Assembly (NCBI RefSeq): GCF_000260965.1
Contig: NC_017856.1
Location: forward strand, 1,260,001 to 1,292,000
Source of the DNA: Methylophaga frappieri
Lineage (GTDB): Bacteria > Pseudomonadota > Gammaproteobacteria > Nitrosococcales > Methylophagaceae
Length of the DNA: 32,000 nucleotides
Direction of reading: 5' to 3'
Shown here: positions 8,351 to 16,708 of the stretch, piece by piece
How positions within the stretch are numbered: position 1 is the stretch's first letter
How the letters are laid out: each line of letters opens with the position of its first letter
Made by a program: the position numbers and the translations under genes
The notes under the pieces: model-generated
Told to the model about the DNA's origin: nothing
What the model saw: the letters and a program-made list of their open reading frames with translations, nothing else
The model's database searches: none

Positions 8351-8657
8351 CAATTAATCCTGTCTTGGCAGTGTTTTCGCTCAAATTGGCAATTTGCAGA
8401 TAGGCCTGTACGGGCGCCGGTAACGGCTTTGACTGGGTTGAAAAATAACTGGATTTGTCCAGTTGCGCGAGGGTCCTGACAATTCGCGCTTGTTGAACAT
8501 CGTGCAGCTCGCTGGAGCCAAATACCTGCTGGCTAGGCCGCGTTAATAAGGTGGGTTGGGCTGGCGTTTGTCCAAATGACGTTGCATTCCCCGGTTGTGA
8601 CGGCGGTAACGTCTGTTTTGCCGGTATGACCGGCAATTGATTAGGACTGATTTGCAT
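8337..8657 (-). CDS. Hypothetical P/Q-rich 106-aa protein
   Basis: ATG-initiated ORF that exactly fills the rhlB-to-lipoprotein gap, overlapping rhlB by 17 nt and the lipoprotein start by 14 nt. No signal peptide. The N-terminal half is Pro/Gln/Thr-rich and the C-terminal half looks helical. Codon choice looks like the neighbouring genes. No family recognised. Confidence 0.45.
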   Translation of the reverse strand: MQISPNQLPVIPAKQTLPPSQPGNATSFGQTPAQPTLLTRPSQQVFGSSELHDVQQARIVRTLAQLDKSSYFSTQSKPLPAPVQAYLQIANLSENTAKTGLIDERV

Positions 8658-9951
8658 CCGGTTTACTTACCGATTGCTTTGGTTTTCGCCGTGAGCGCGG
8701 CCGGCGTGTCGCGTTTCTTGTCTTATCTGATGAGCCGGTTTTAAGCTTAGGGGCTGATTTGCGTTCAGGCTTGACTGCTGGCGCAGGCGTCGCCAATTGT
8801 TCGTCAGAGGCTGATGACACCGGAATTTTGTGTTTGATGTAGCGCTCAATATCCGGCAATGAAAAGACATACTCTTCGCAGGCAAAGCTTATTGCCGTGC
8901 CACTAGCCCCTGCTCTGGCGGTTCGTCCAATACGGTGAACATAATCCTCACTGTCCTGAGGTAAATCGTAATTAAAAACGTGACTGACTTCCGGAATATG
9001 TAGCCCCCGCGCGGCGACATCGGTTGCAACTAAAAATGGAAACTCGCCATCCTGAAAGTGTGTAAGCAATCGTTCACGCTTTTTTTGTGGCACGTCTCCT
9101 GATAACAACGCGGCTTTATGTCCGTTACCTTCCAGAAATCCCCAGACCAGATCAGCAGTGTGTTTGGTATTGACAAACACAATACTGCGTAAGGGATTGA
9201 TACGCTTGATTAACGCCAGTAACAAAGGAATTTTTTCGTCATTTGCCGGATAGTAAACCGTTTCTTCAATGCGATCTGCGGCTACTTTTTCGGGCGCAAT
9301 TTGTACTTTTTCCGGATTATTCATGTGCTCATAGGCCAACTCCAGCACTTTGTAGCTGAGCGTCGCAGAGAACAACATGCCAAGCCGTTTACTTGGCTTG
9401 GGAATCCGGCGCAGAAAGTAACGCACATCTTTGATAAACCCGAGATCAAACATACGGTCCGCTTCATCCAGCACCACCGCCTGAATTTGCCGCAAATCAA
9501 AAACCCGTTGTTTGTGATAGTCCAATAACCGTCCCGGCGTCCCAATCAGCATGTCACAGCCTGCGGCGATGGCATCGCGTTGTTTTTGGTAATCCTTACC
9601 CCCATGCGCCAAAGCAATACGTAAATTGGCATACTTATTCAATAAAGCGGCATCTTTCGCAATTTGAATCGCCAATTCACGCGTTGGCGCTAAAATCAGT
9701 GCGCGCGGTTGCTGCGGATCGATTTGTGCTGGTTGGGATAATAGTCGCTGAAAAGTTGCCAGCAAAAAAGCAATGGTTTTGCCTGTTCCGGTTTGCGCCT
9801 GTCCAGCAACATCCTTGTTAAGTAATAGTAGTGGTAAGGTCTGCGCTTGTATCGGAGTGCAAAAAGCAAATCCGGCGTCAGCCAGTCCACGCTGCAGGTT
9901 CTCATGAAGGGAGAGTGTTGAAAAGGCGGTGTCGGTGAGGTGGGCACTCAT
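8641..9951 (-). CDS. rhlB: ATP-dependent RNA helicase RhlB (DEAD-box)
   Basis: [42 protein letters not shown] closely resembles the E. coli RhlB motif Q/I region. PTRELA, DEAD, SAT and [10 protein letters not shown] are present, with a basic C-terminal tail. Divergent from trxA as in E. coli. Start trimmed to the ATG at 9951 ([13 protein letters not shown]...); the 26-codon upstream extension is not family-like. Confidence 0.9.
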   Translation of the reverse strand: MSAHLTDTAFSTLSLHENLQRGLADAGFAFCTPIQAQTLPLLLLNKDVAGQAQTGTGKTIAFLLATFQRLLSQPAQIDPQQPRALILAPTRELAIQIAKDAALLNKYANLRIALAHGGKDYQKQRDAIAAGCDMLIGTPGRLLDYHKQRVFDLRQIQAVVLDEADRMFDLGFIKDVRYFLRRIPKPSKRLGMLFSATLSYKVLELAYEHMNNPEKVQIAPEKVAADRIEETVYYPANDEKIPLLLALIKRINPLRSIVFVNTKHTADLVWGFLEGNGHKAALLSGDVPQKKRERLLTHFQDGEFPFLVATDVAARGLHIPEVSHVFNYDLPQDSEDYVHRIGRTARAGASGTAISFACEEYVFSLPDIERYIKHKIPVSSASDEQLATPAPAVKPERKSAPKLKTGSSDKTRNATRRPRSRRKPKQSVSKPDANQS

Positions 9952-10051
9952 ATAAATACTTGCATTACCTGAACTGATAAGAAAAAATGTCTTGTACTGA
10001 TGGTCTGCGAGTATAGCGGCCTCATACATTAGTTACCACTGGAGATACAAC

Positions 10052-10378
10052 ATGAGCAAGAACGTCACGAATGTGACCGATAGCGACTTTGACAGTCAGG
10101 TACTGCAGTCAGAATTACCTGTGCTGGTTGATTACTGGGCCGAATGGTGTGGTCCATGCAAAATGATTGCGCCGGTACTGGAAGAGATCAGCTCAGAGTA
10201 CGAAGGCAAACTGCGTGTTTGCAAACTGAACATTGATGAAAACCCTGACACCCCACCGCGCTATGGTATTCGTGGTATCCCTACCCTGATGCTGTTCAAA
10301 GATGGTGAAGTTGAAGCAACAAAAGTAGGCGCACTGACCAAATCTCAGCTCGCCGCTTTTCTTGACAGTAACATCTGA
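10052..10378 (+). CDS. trxA: Thioredoxin 1
   Basis: 108 aa with a WCGPC active site. The sequence is colinear with E. coli TrxA ([23 protein letters not shown]...[16 protein letters not shown]). GGAG Shine-Dalgarno upstream. Confidence 0.97.
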   Translation: MSKNVTNVTDSDFDSQVLQSELPVLVDYWAEWCGPCKMIAPVLEEISSEYEGKLRVCKLNIDENPDTPPRYGIRGIPTLMLFKDGEVEATKVGALTKSQLAAFLDSNI

Positions 10379-10409
10379 TTGCAACGTCTTCACGATACTG
10401 ACCTAAACT

Positions 10410-10438
10410 ATCCCCGCACTCAGCGGGGATGTTTTTTT
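10410..10438 (+). terminator. Rho-independent terminator after trxA
   Basis: ATCCCCGC-actca-GCGGGGAT, an 8-bp GC-rich stem, followed by GTTTTTTT. Confidence 0.85.
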
Positions 10439-10477
10439 ATTAGCCCTTCTCTTTGCAGATAAGCAAACCGCTGCCTG

Positions 10478-12634
10478 ATGGATGTATCCGAACTTTTAAA
10501 CGATCTGAATAAACCGCAACGTGACGCAGTGGCCGCACCACTTGGTCATGCTCGAATTTTGGCTGGTGCGGGCAGTGGTAAAACGAGGGTATTAGTTCAT
10601 CGCATCGCGTGGTTGATCCAAGCCGAAGGGTTATCATCGGCAAACATTCTCGCCGTCACCTTTACCAACAAAGCAGCTGCCGAAATGCGTGGCCGTATTG
10701 AGGAGATGCTGGGTTATCCCATAGGCGGTATGTGGGTTGGCACCTTTCATGGGCTAGCACACCGCTTACTGCGCCTGCATTGGCAAGATGTCAATTTGCC
10801 GCAAAGCTTTCAAATTCTTGATAGCGATGATCAGCAGCGCTTGTTAAAACGGCTGATTCGGAGTTTAAATCTAGATGAAGCACAGTGGCCAGCCAAGCAA
10901 GCGCAATGGTTTATTAATGCACAAAAGGATGAAGGCCTTCGTGCTGCAAACATCCAGGTCGGCAACGATCCCTACTCTAAAACCATGCAGCAAATTTATC
11001 AGGCATATGAACAAGCCTGTGAACGAGCGGGAGTCGTTGATTTTGGCGAGTTATTGCTGCGATGTCATGAGTTATGGTTGAAACGTACTGACATTCTTGC
11101 CCACTATCAGCAACGTTTTTCTTCCATTCTGGTTGATGAGTTTCAGGATACCAATACTATCCAGTATGCCTGGCTTCGTTTACTGGCTGGTGAGCAAGGC
11201 CATTTATTTATCGTCGGCGATGATGATCAGTCCATCTATGGCTGGCGTGGCGCCAAAATCGAAAATATTCAGAAATTTCATCAAGATTATCCTCAGGCCA
11301 ATACCGTTCGTCTGGAGCAGAACTATCGCTCTACCGGCAATATTCTGGCAGCCGCCAATGCGGTCATCGCCAATAATAGTGAACGTCTGGGCAAACAGCT
11401 GTGGACTGCGGATGATGATGGTGATCCGGTGCAGATTTATCAGGCTTTTAATGAACGCGATGAAGCCCAATACCTAGTACAAATGGTTCAGCAATGGGTG
11501 AACCAAGGTGGCGAACGCAGTCAATGTGCGGTGCTGTATCGTTCGAATGCACAATCGCGTGTCATTGAAGAAGCCTTAATGCAAGCTGCCATGCCCTATC
11601 GGGTTTATGGCGGACTGCGTTTCTTTGAACGCGCCGAAATCAAGGACGTGCTGGCTTATCTCCGTCTGATTGCAAACCGACGTGATGATGCCGCTTTTGA
11701 ACGCGTCGTCAATACCCCCACACGCGGTATTGGTGCTGCAACTCTAACCCAACTACGCCAAATCGCCAGAGAAACCGATCAAACCTTGTGGCAAACCGCC
11801 ACCGATATGGTTGAACAAAATAGCTTAGCCGCCAGAGCAGCGAATGCATTATCAGGTTTTTTGACCTTAATTGACTCGCTAACCCCCATTGATGACAGCA
11901 TGGCATTACATGAGCTGACACAACTGGTTATTGATGAAAGTGGTTTGAAGGCGTTTTACAGTAAAGATAAATCGGAAAAAGGTCAGGGTCGGCTCGAAAA
12001 TCTGGACGAACTTATCAATGCGACACGCGAATTTATGCGTGCCGATACAGAAGAGGACATGCCGCTTTTAGATGCCTTTTTGGCGCATGCCGCGCTTGAA
12101 GCCGGTGAAATGCAAGCCGGCGCATGGCAAGATTGTGTCCAACTGATGACCTTACATTCGGCGAAAGGACTGGAATTTCCCGTTGTCTTCATGGTTGGTA
12201 TGGAAGAAGGCTTATTTCCTGGACAAAAATCAGCCGAGGATCCAATGCGTCTCGCTGAAGAACGTCGCCTCTGCTATGTTGGCATGACGCGGGCCAGAAA
12301 AACGTTATATCTCATGCATACCGAATCACGGTACCTTTATGGTCAAGAAATGCATCCTCGACCATCGCGTTTTCTGGCAGAAGTACCGGTTGAACATTGT
12401 CATGAAATTCGGTCACGGCAACCTGCTGGGCATTTATCTGGCCTGACGAGCCGACAGCAAACCGTCAGTGAAAATGGCTATCATCCTGGCCAACAAGTGA
12501 TGCATCAAAAATTTGGGCCCGGTGTGATTCTGGATACTGAAGGTAGTGGCACTCACGCCCGTGTTCAGGTTAATTTTAAACAGGCAGGTAGTAAGTGGCT
12601 GGTACTTGCTTACGCCAATCTGGAAACGCTTTGA
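10478..12634 (+). CDS. uvrD: DNA helicase II (UvrD)
   Basis: 718 aa. The N-terminus MDVSELLNDLNKPQRDAVAAPLGHARILAGAGSGKTRVLVHRIAWL parallels E. coli UvrD. SF1 motifs present: DEFQDTN, NYRS, TLHSAKGLEF and YVGMTRAR. UvrD-type C-terminal tail (KFGPGVILDTEGSGTHARVQVNFKQAGSKWLVLAYANLE). Confidence 0.93.
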   Translation: MDVSELLNDLNKPQRDAVAAPLGHARILAGAGSGKTRVLVHRIAWLIQAEGLSSANILAVTFTNKAAAEMRGRIEEMLGYPIGGMWVGTFHGLAHRLLRLHWQDVNLPQSFQILDSDDQQRLLKRLIRSLNLDEAQWPAKQAQWFINAQKDEGLRAANIQVGNDPYSKTMQQIYQAYEQACERAGVVDFGELLLRCHELWLKRTDILAHYQQRFSSILVDEFQDTNTIQYAWLRLLAGEQGHLFIVGDDDQSIYGWRGAKIENIQKFHQDYPQANTVRLEQNYRSTGNILAAANAVIANNSERLGKQLWTADDDGDPVQIYQAFNERDEAQYLVQMVQQWVNQGGERSQCAVLYRSNAQSRVIEEALMQAAMPYRVYGGLRFFERAEIKDVLAYLRLIANRRDDAAFERVVNTPTRGIGAATLTQLRQIARETDQTLWQTATDMVEQNSLAARAANALSGFLTLIDSLTPIDDSMALHELTQLVIDESGLKAFYSKDKSEKGQGRLENLDELINATREFMRADTEEDMPLLDAFLAHAALEAGEMQAGAWQDCVQLMTLHSAKGLEFPVVFMVGMEEGLFPGQKSAEDPMRLAEERRLCYVGMTRARKTLYLMHTESRYLYGQEMHPRPSRFLAEVPVEHCHEIRSRQPAGHLSGLTSRQQTVSENGYHPGQQVMHQKFGPGVILDTEGSGTHARVQVNFKQAGSKWLVLAYANLETL

Positions 12635-12651
12635 TAGCGGAGAAACCGAGA

Positions 12652-13746
12652 ATGAAATGTATCTCGCTGAAATGGCTGGCAATGCCGCTTGCCTTTTTGT
12701 TACTGACAGCTTGCGAACCGCCTGACGCCGTTAATGAAGATGGCAGTATTGATCTAACTAAGGTTTACCGCTGGAAAATGGTCACAACGTGGCCGCCAGG
12801 TTTTCCCGTACTTCAAGAAGGTGCTGAGCGATTTGCAGAAAGTTTGGCAGAAATGTCTAATGGTCGACTGCAGGTCAAAGTGTTCGCTGGGGGCGAATTG
12901 ATACCCGCTTTGCAAACCTTTGATGCCGTTTCCCAAGGCACCGTTGAAATGGGCCATGGCAGTGCCTATTACTGGGCGGGAAAAGTGCCGGAAGCACAAT
13001 TTTTTTCCACCGTTCCTTTTGGCATGAACCCACGCGGTATGAATGCATGGCTTTACTCAGGCGGCGGGCTGGAACTTTGGAATAAGGTCTATGCACCCTA
13101 TCATGTCAAACCCTTTCCGCTAGGCAATACTGGCATCCAAATGGGTGGCTGGTTTAATGAACCGATTCACTCTGTTGCGGATTTGAATGGCTTAAAAATG
13201 CGCATACCGGGACTGGGTGGCAAGGTTTTTGCGAAAGCAGGTGGTAATCCGGTTTTATTGGCGGCGAGCGAAGTCTACACGGCGCTTGAACGAAATACTA
13301 TCGATGCTACCGAGTGGGTAAGCCCATATCACGATCAACGGCTAGGTCTTTATCGAGCAGCAGATTACTATTACTACCCTGGCTGGCATGAGCCAGGCGC
13401 GGTGCTTGAATTAAGCATCAATAGCCGTGCCTGGGCAACCCTACCACCAGATTTACAAAAAATGGTTGAGCAAGCGGCCATGGCTGAAAACCTGCGAATG
13501 GCTTCCGAGATGGAATATTTGAATGCGGTTGCGTTGGCAGAGCTTCGTGAACGCGGCGTGGATATTCGGGCTTTTCCTGATGATGTCATGCAACATCTCA
13601 AACAACTCACCCAAGAAACCCTCATGGAAGAAGCTGCTGCGAATCCGAAATTCAAAACAGTGTATGACGCCTACAAGACTTTTCGAGATCAAGACAAAAC
13701 GTGGACTGACATTTCCGAAGATGCTTACCTGTCAGTAAACGAATGA
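12652..13746 (+). CDS. TRAP-transporter solute-binding protein (DctP family), lipoprotein-type signal; no DctQ/DctM partner in the window
   Basis: The ORF-track start (12595) overlaps uvrD. The ATG at 12652 is preceded by GGAG and gives MKCISLKWLAMPLAFLLLTACEPP (lipobox L-T-A-C). The body (WKMVTTWPPGFPVLQEGAERFAE..GRLQVKVFAGGELIPALQTFDAVSQGTVEMGHGSAYYWAGK...) matches the DctP-type extracytoplasmic receptor pattern. Confidence 0.8.
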   Translation: MKCISLKWLAMPLAFLLLTACEPPDAVNEDGSIDLTKVYRWKMVTTWPPGFPVLQEGAERFAESLAEMSNGRLQVKVFAGGELIPALQTFDAVSQGTVEMGHGSAYYWAGKVPEAQFFSTVPFGMNPRGMNAWLYSGGGLELWNKVYAPYHVKPFPLGNTGIQMGGWFNEPIHSVADLNGLKMRIPGLGGKVFAKAGGNPVLLAASEVYTALERNTIDATEWVSPYHDQRLGLYRAADYYYYPGWHEPGAVLELSINSRAWATLPPDLQKMVEQAAMAENLRMASEMEYLNAVALAELRERGVDIRAFPDDVMQHLKQLTQETLMEEAAANPKFKTVYDAYKTFRDQDKTWTDISEDAYLSVNE

Positions 13747-13991
13747 TCGGTATTATTCTAACCCTGGAAGGCCTACAACAATTTTCTGACAACATCACGT
13801 CAGAAACAACGCTTTGGGTTAATCCTGCCATCGCCGATAATGCCAGTCAGTTTGCTTTCCAGCAGGCCCCAGCGGCAATTCGAGTGCTGCCGCAGACTTA
13901 TCCGGCGGATAAGGAAAAATCCGTTCTCGCCGCACTTGATTATGTAGAGTCACAGACAGACGATCCTGATGTTTTTATTGAATATCCGTAA
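13743..13991 (+). CDS. Hypothetical acidic 82-aa protein
   Basis: The ATG overlaps the TRAP receptor stop (ATGA), suggesting translational coupling. No Cys or His, no signal peptide or TM segment. The alternating hydrophobic/polar pattern suggests a small alpha/beta fold. No family recognised. Confidence 0.45.
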   Translation: MIGIILTLEGLQQFSDNITSETTLWVNPAIADNASQFAFQQAPAAIRVLPQTYPADKEKSVLAALDYVESQTDDPDVFIEYP

Positions 13992-14502
13992 TTTTCTCCT
14001 CAGCAAGGCTTTTTTCATACTGCTGATTCCCCCTTCGGCCTTAAGTAGTGAATGGGATAAAATCCAAACAACCCTGCAAAACCCAGTTCATATCACCGTT
14101 TACCGTGATGCACATTGTCAGTGTTGTCATGCCTGGATTAAACATCTCGAAACACATCAATTCGAAATTACCGATCGCATCCATCCGCAAATGGCTATGG
14201 TAAAACGCGAACTTGGCCTGCCAACCAACATGGCCTCCTGCCACACAGCGGTCGTTGAGGGATATGTGATTGAAGGGCACGTTCCTGCTGAAGATATCAA
14301 GACGCTTGTGACTCATAAACCGGAAAACATTCACGGTTTATCTGTACCGCATATGCCAGTCGGCACGCCGGGCATGGAAATGGGAAAACGCAAAGATCCG
14401 TTTACCGTTTTCCAATTTGATAAGACGGGTAATGGGTCGGCCTTTAGCCACTATCAAGTTAATGAAAACAATCAGTACGATCTGATCGACGATACGCCAT
14501 AG
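13969..14502 (+). CDS. DUF411 / CopG-like periplasmic metal-binding protein
   Basis: 177 aa with a signal-like N-terminus. VYRDAHCQCCHAWIKHL carries the CxCC(H) motif. ASCHTAVVEGYVIEGHVPAEDI and PHMPVGTPGMEMG are characteristic of the DUF411 (CopG copper-resistance) family as I recall it. Confidence 0.75.
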   Translation: MFLLNIRNFLLSKAFFILLIPPSALSSEWDKIQTTLQNPVHITVYRDAHCQCCHAWIKHLETHQFEITDRIHPQMAMVKRELGLPTNMASCHTAVVEGYVIEGHVPAEDIKTLVTHKPENIHGLSVPHMPVGTPGMEMGKRKDPFTVFQFDKTGNGSAFSHYQVNENNQYDLIDDTP

Positions 14503-14505
14503 TCT

Positions 14506-15375
14506 ATGGAATTAGTCTGGTTGGTATTCCGGATGCTGGCGTCCGTATCAGCAAATGTTTTTCAAAAGAAAATGGGCCATCGTGGCTTGTCGCCTTTGTA
14601 TATCACGCTTGGTGCCTATCTGGTTTTAACGCTCATCAGTCTGCCACTGTTGAGTCTGCTCAATTTTGACGCGCTGAGATCCGCATTCTGGGTAAATATC
14701 GTACTTGCAGCATCGCTTGATATGGCAGGTACGCTATTACTGGTAATGTCACTTTCGAAAACCGATCTCTCTGTTTTTGGTCCGCTTAATGCCTATAAAG
14801 TTGTCTTCTCCGCCCTGCTCGCGTTGATATTCCTTGGTGAAGTGCCGAGCTGGCAAGGCGGGACTGGCATCTTTATCATTCTGCTCGGCAGCGTGATGCT
14901 GTTTCCACCCCAAAATGGTGGCAGAAATCGTTTGTTAGAACTCTTAATCAAACGTGGTGTGCAATTACGTTTTTTGTCGATCTTGCTCTTTTCAATCGGC
15001 ACGCTGCCATTAAAAAATGCGGTCATTATCGGCGGTCCATTAGCAACCACGTTATTCTGGTGTTTATTTGGTTTACCGCTGGCAGGGCTGGCCTATAGGC
15101 TATTCCGACAACAATCATTTCCCGTAGTCTGGCAAGCGCATGCCTCGCGATATCCTGATTTTATCGGGTTAGGTGTGCTGATTTTTATAATGCAAATGAC
15201 CACCATGATGCTGCTTGAAGGCATGCTAATCGCCTACGCGTTGGCATTATTTCAGTTAAGCATGATGTTGCAGGTGTTTCTTGGTTATCGTCTCTTTCAA
15301 GAACAACATTTAGCAAGAAGGTTAGTTGCTTGCACTATCATGATCTTGGGCTGTTTACTGGTTCTGACAACCTGA
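14506..15375 (+). CDS. DMT-superfamily (EamA-like) permease
   Basis: 289 aa with roughly 10 hydrophobic spans in two halves. The LGEVPSWQGGTGIFIILLGSVML-type end-of-repeat motif is typical of EamA domains. Starts 3 nt after the DUF411 stop. Confidence 0.75.
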   Translation: MELVWLVFRMLASVSANVFQKKMGHRGLSPLYITLGAYLVLTLISLPLLSLLNFDALRSAFWVNIVLAASLDMAGTLLLVMSLSKTDLSVFGPLNAYKVVFSALLALIFLGEVPSWQGGTGIFIILLGSVMLFPPQNGGRNRLLELLIKRGVQLRFLSILLFSIGTLPLKNAVIIGGPLATTLFWCLFGLPLAGLAYRLFRQQSFPVVWQAHASRYPDFIGLGVLIFIMQMTTMMLLEGMLIAYALALFQLSMMLQVFLGYRLFQEQHLARRLVACTIMILGCLLVLTT

Positions 15376-15447
15376 GATTTTTTATTGCCGTCCTGTTAAG
15401 ATGCCTTTCCGGTCGGCTACACAGCCTTGCCATTTGAAGTGATAGAA

Positions 15448-16659
15448 ATGCAATTTGATGATTTATTCCTAGATGATGCCCTGCTGGATGCACTCCAGCG
15501 CCAAGGTTTCACTCATGCAACGATGGTGCAACAAACAGCCATACCAGCTCTGCTATCCGGGCAGGATGTTTTAGCCTGTGCGGCGACAGGTACGGGAAAA
15601 ACAGCGGCCTTTGTGCTACCCATTTTGCAGAAATTGATGGATGAGCCTAATACCAGTGGCAAGGCGCAATTTTTGATTTTTGCACCAACACGTGAATTAG
15701 CCTTCCAAATTCAACATGTCTTTCACCAACTTGGCAGTGCATTCAAACCCATCATTACGATGTTGACCGGTGGCGCCTCACCTTGGGCGCAAGTGCAGCA
15801 TGCAGAGACAGCTGGCGCCGATATTATTATTGCCACACCAGGCCGAATCTTAAGTCTGGTCAATAGTCATTCCATTGATTTGACTGGCATTGAAATGGTC
15901 GTCATTGATGAGGCTGATCGCATGTTGGATATGGGACAGGGACCGGATGTCCTGCATAGTCTCGCCAAAATAGGTCACCCATTTCAGGCCGGATTATTTT
16001 CCGCCACACTCGCTGGCAGTGGGGTTCGCTTGTTTGCAGAGTCCTTATTAAAAGACCCACAAGAAATTCTTTTACAGGCGGCCAATCAGCAGGCTCAAAA
16101 TGTCACGCAAGAAGTCTATCTCTGCGACAATCAGGAACATAAGCAAGCAATTTTGTTGTCATTTCTGGCTCAGGAGGATTGCACAAGAGCCCTAGTCTTT
16201 TGTAATAAAAAAATACGTGCTGAGTCAGTTTGTGACTTTTTACAATCCCAGAATATCTCTGCGCAGTTATTGCATGGCGATTTTGACCAATCCGTGCGGC
16301 GGGAACGAATTCGCAAGTTTCGAAGCGGTCAAATCCGGGTTACGGTTGCCACGGATGTCGCGGCGCGCGGTCTGGATGTAGCCGATATCAGTCACGTCAT
16401 CAATTATGATGTGCCATTTCGAGGTGATGCCTATATCCATCGCATTGGGCGTACAGGCCGTGCCGACAAATATGGCCTCGCCATCAACTTGGTGGAACCG
16501 CATGACCATAAAAATCTGCAACGAATTGAACACCATGTTGGTGGCAAATTACCTATTCGAAAACGTAAAGGCCTTGCGCCGAAAAGTAAAAGCAACAAAG
16601 CCTTCTCAAAGCCGAAAAACAAGCCACGCTATATAGCTAAAAAAGAGCGCCAAGGTTAA
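15448..16659 (+). CDS. DEAD-box ATP-dependent RNA helicase (RhlE/SrmB-like)
   Basis: Motifs: Q (TMVQQTAIP), I (AATGTGKTAAF), Ia (PTRELA), II (VIDEADRMLD), III (SAT) and VI (HRIGRTGRA), with a Lys-rich C-terminal tail. The start is placed at the ATG at 15448 (MQFDDLFLDDALLDAL) rather than the TTG at 15427. Confidence 0.88.
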   Translation: MQFDDLFLDDALLDALQRQGFTHATMVQQTAIPALLSGQDVLACAATGTGKTAAFVLPILQKLMDEPNTSGKAQFLIFAPTRELAFQIQHVFHQLGSAFKPIITMLTGGASPWAQVQHAETAGADIIIATPGRILSLVNSHSIDLTGIEMVVIDEADRMLDMGQGPDVLHSLAKIGHPFQAGLFSATLAGSGVRLFAESLLKDPQEILLQAANQQAQNVTQEVYLCDNQEHKQAILLSFLAQEDCTRALVFCNKKIRAESVCDFLQSQNISAQLLHGDFDQSVRRERIRKFRSGQIRVTVATDVAARGLDVADISHVINYDVPFRGDAYIHRIGRTGRADKYGLAINLVEPHDHKNLQRIEHHVGGKLPIRKRKGLAPKSKSNKAFSKPKNKPRYIAKKERQG

Positions 16660-16708
16660 TTTCGGGCCTTGTTTTTGTTCGACCAGCGAGCCAAAAGTTT
16701 GGGTTGTT

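Noticed and set aside
9952-10029. 26-codon N-terminal extension of rhlB
   Set aside because: The extension ([26 protein letters not shown]) has no counterpart in the RhlB N-terminus and would consume the rhlB/trxA divergent promoter region. The ATG at 9951 gives the family-like start.
10379-10477. Search for a LexA (SOS) box CTGT-N8-ACAG upstream of uvrD
   Set aside because: I found no match by eye in the trxA-uvrD gap, so no SOS operator is claimed.
11097-11477. 126-aa (+) and 88-aa (-) ORFs inside uvrD
   Set aside because: They are alternative-frame or antisense ORFs within a strongly supported helicase gene. Their products are Ile/Phe/Met-rich compositional artefacts.
12595-12651. Upstream start for the TRAP receptor overlapping uvrD
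   Set aside because: The ATG at 12652 is preceded by GGAG and begins directly with a lipoprotein signal peptide. The extension is not signal-like.
16651-16676. Possible terminator hairpin between the DEAD-box helicase gene and ppc (CAAGG-N11-CCTTG followed by TTTTT)
   Set aside because: A 5-bp stem with an 11-nt loop is too weak to call with confidence, and the stem overlaps the helicase stop codon.
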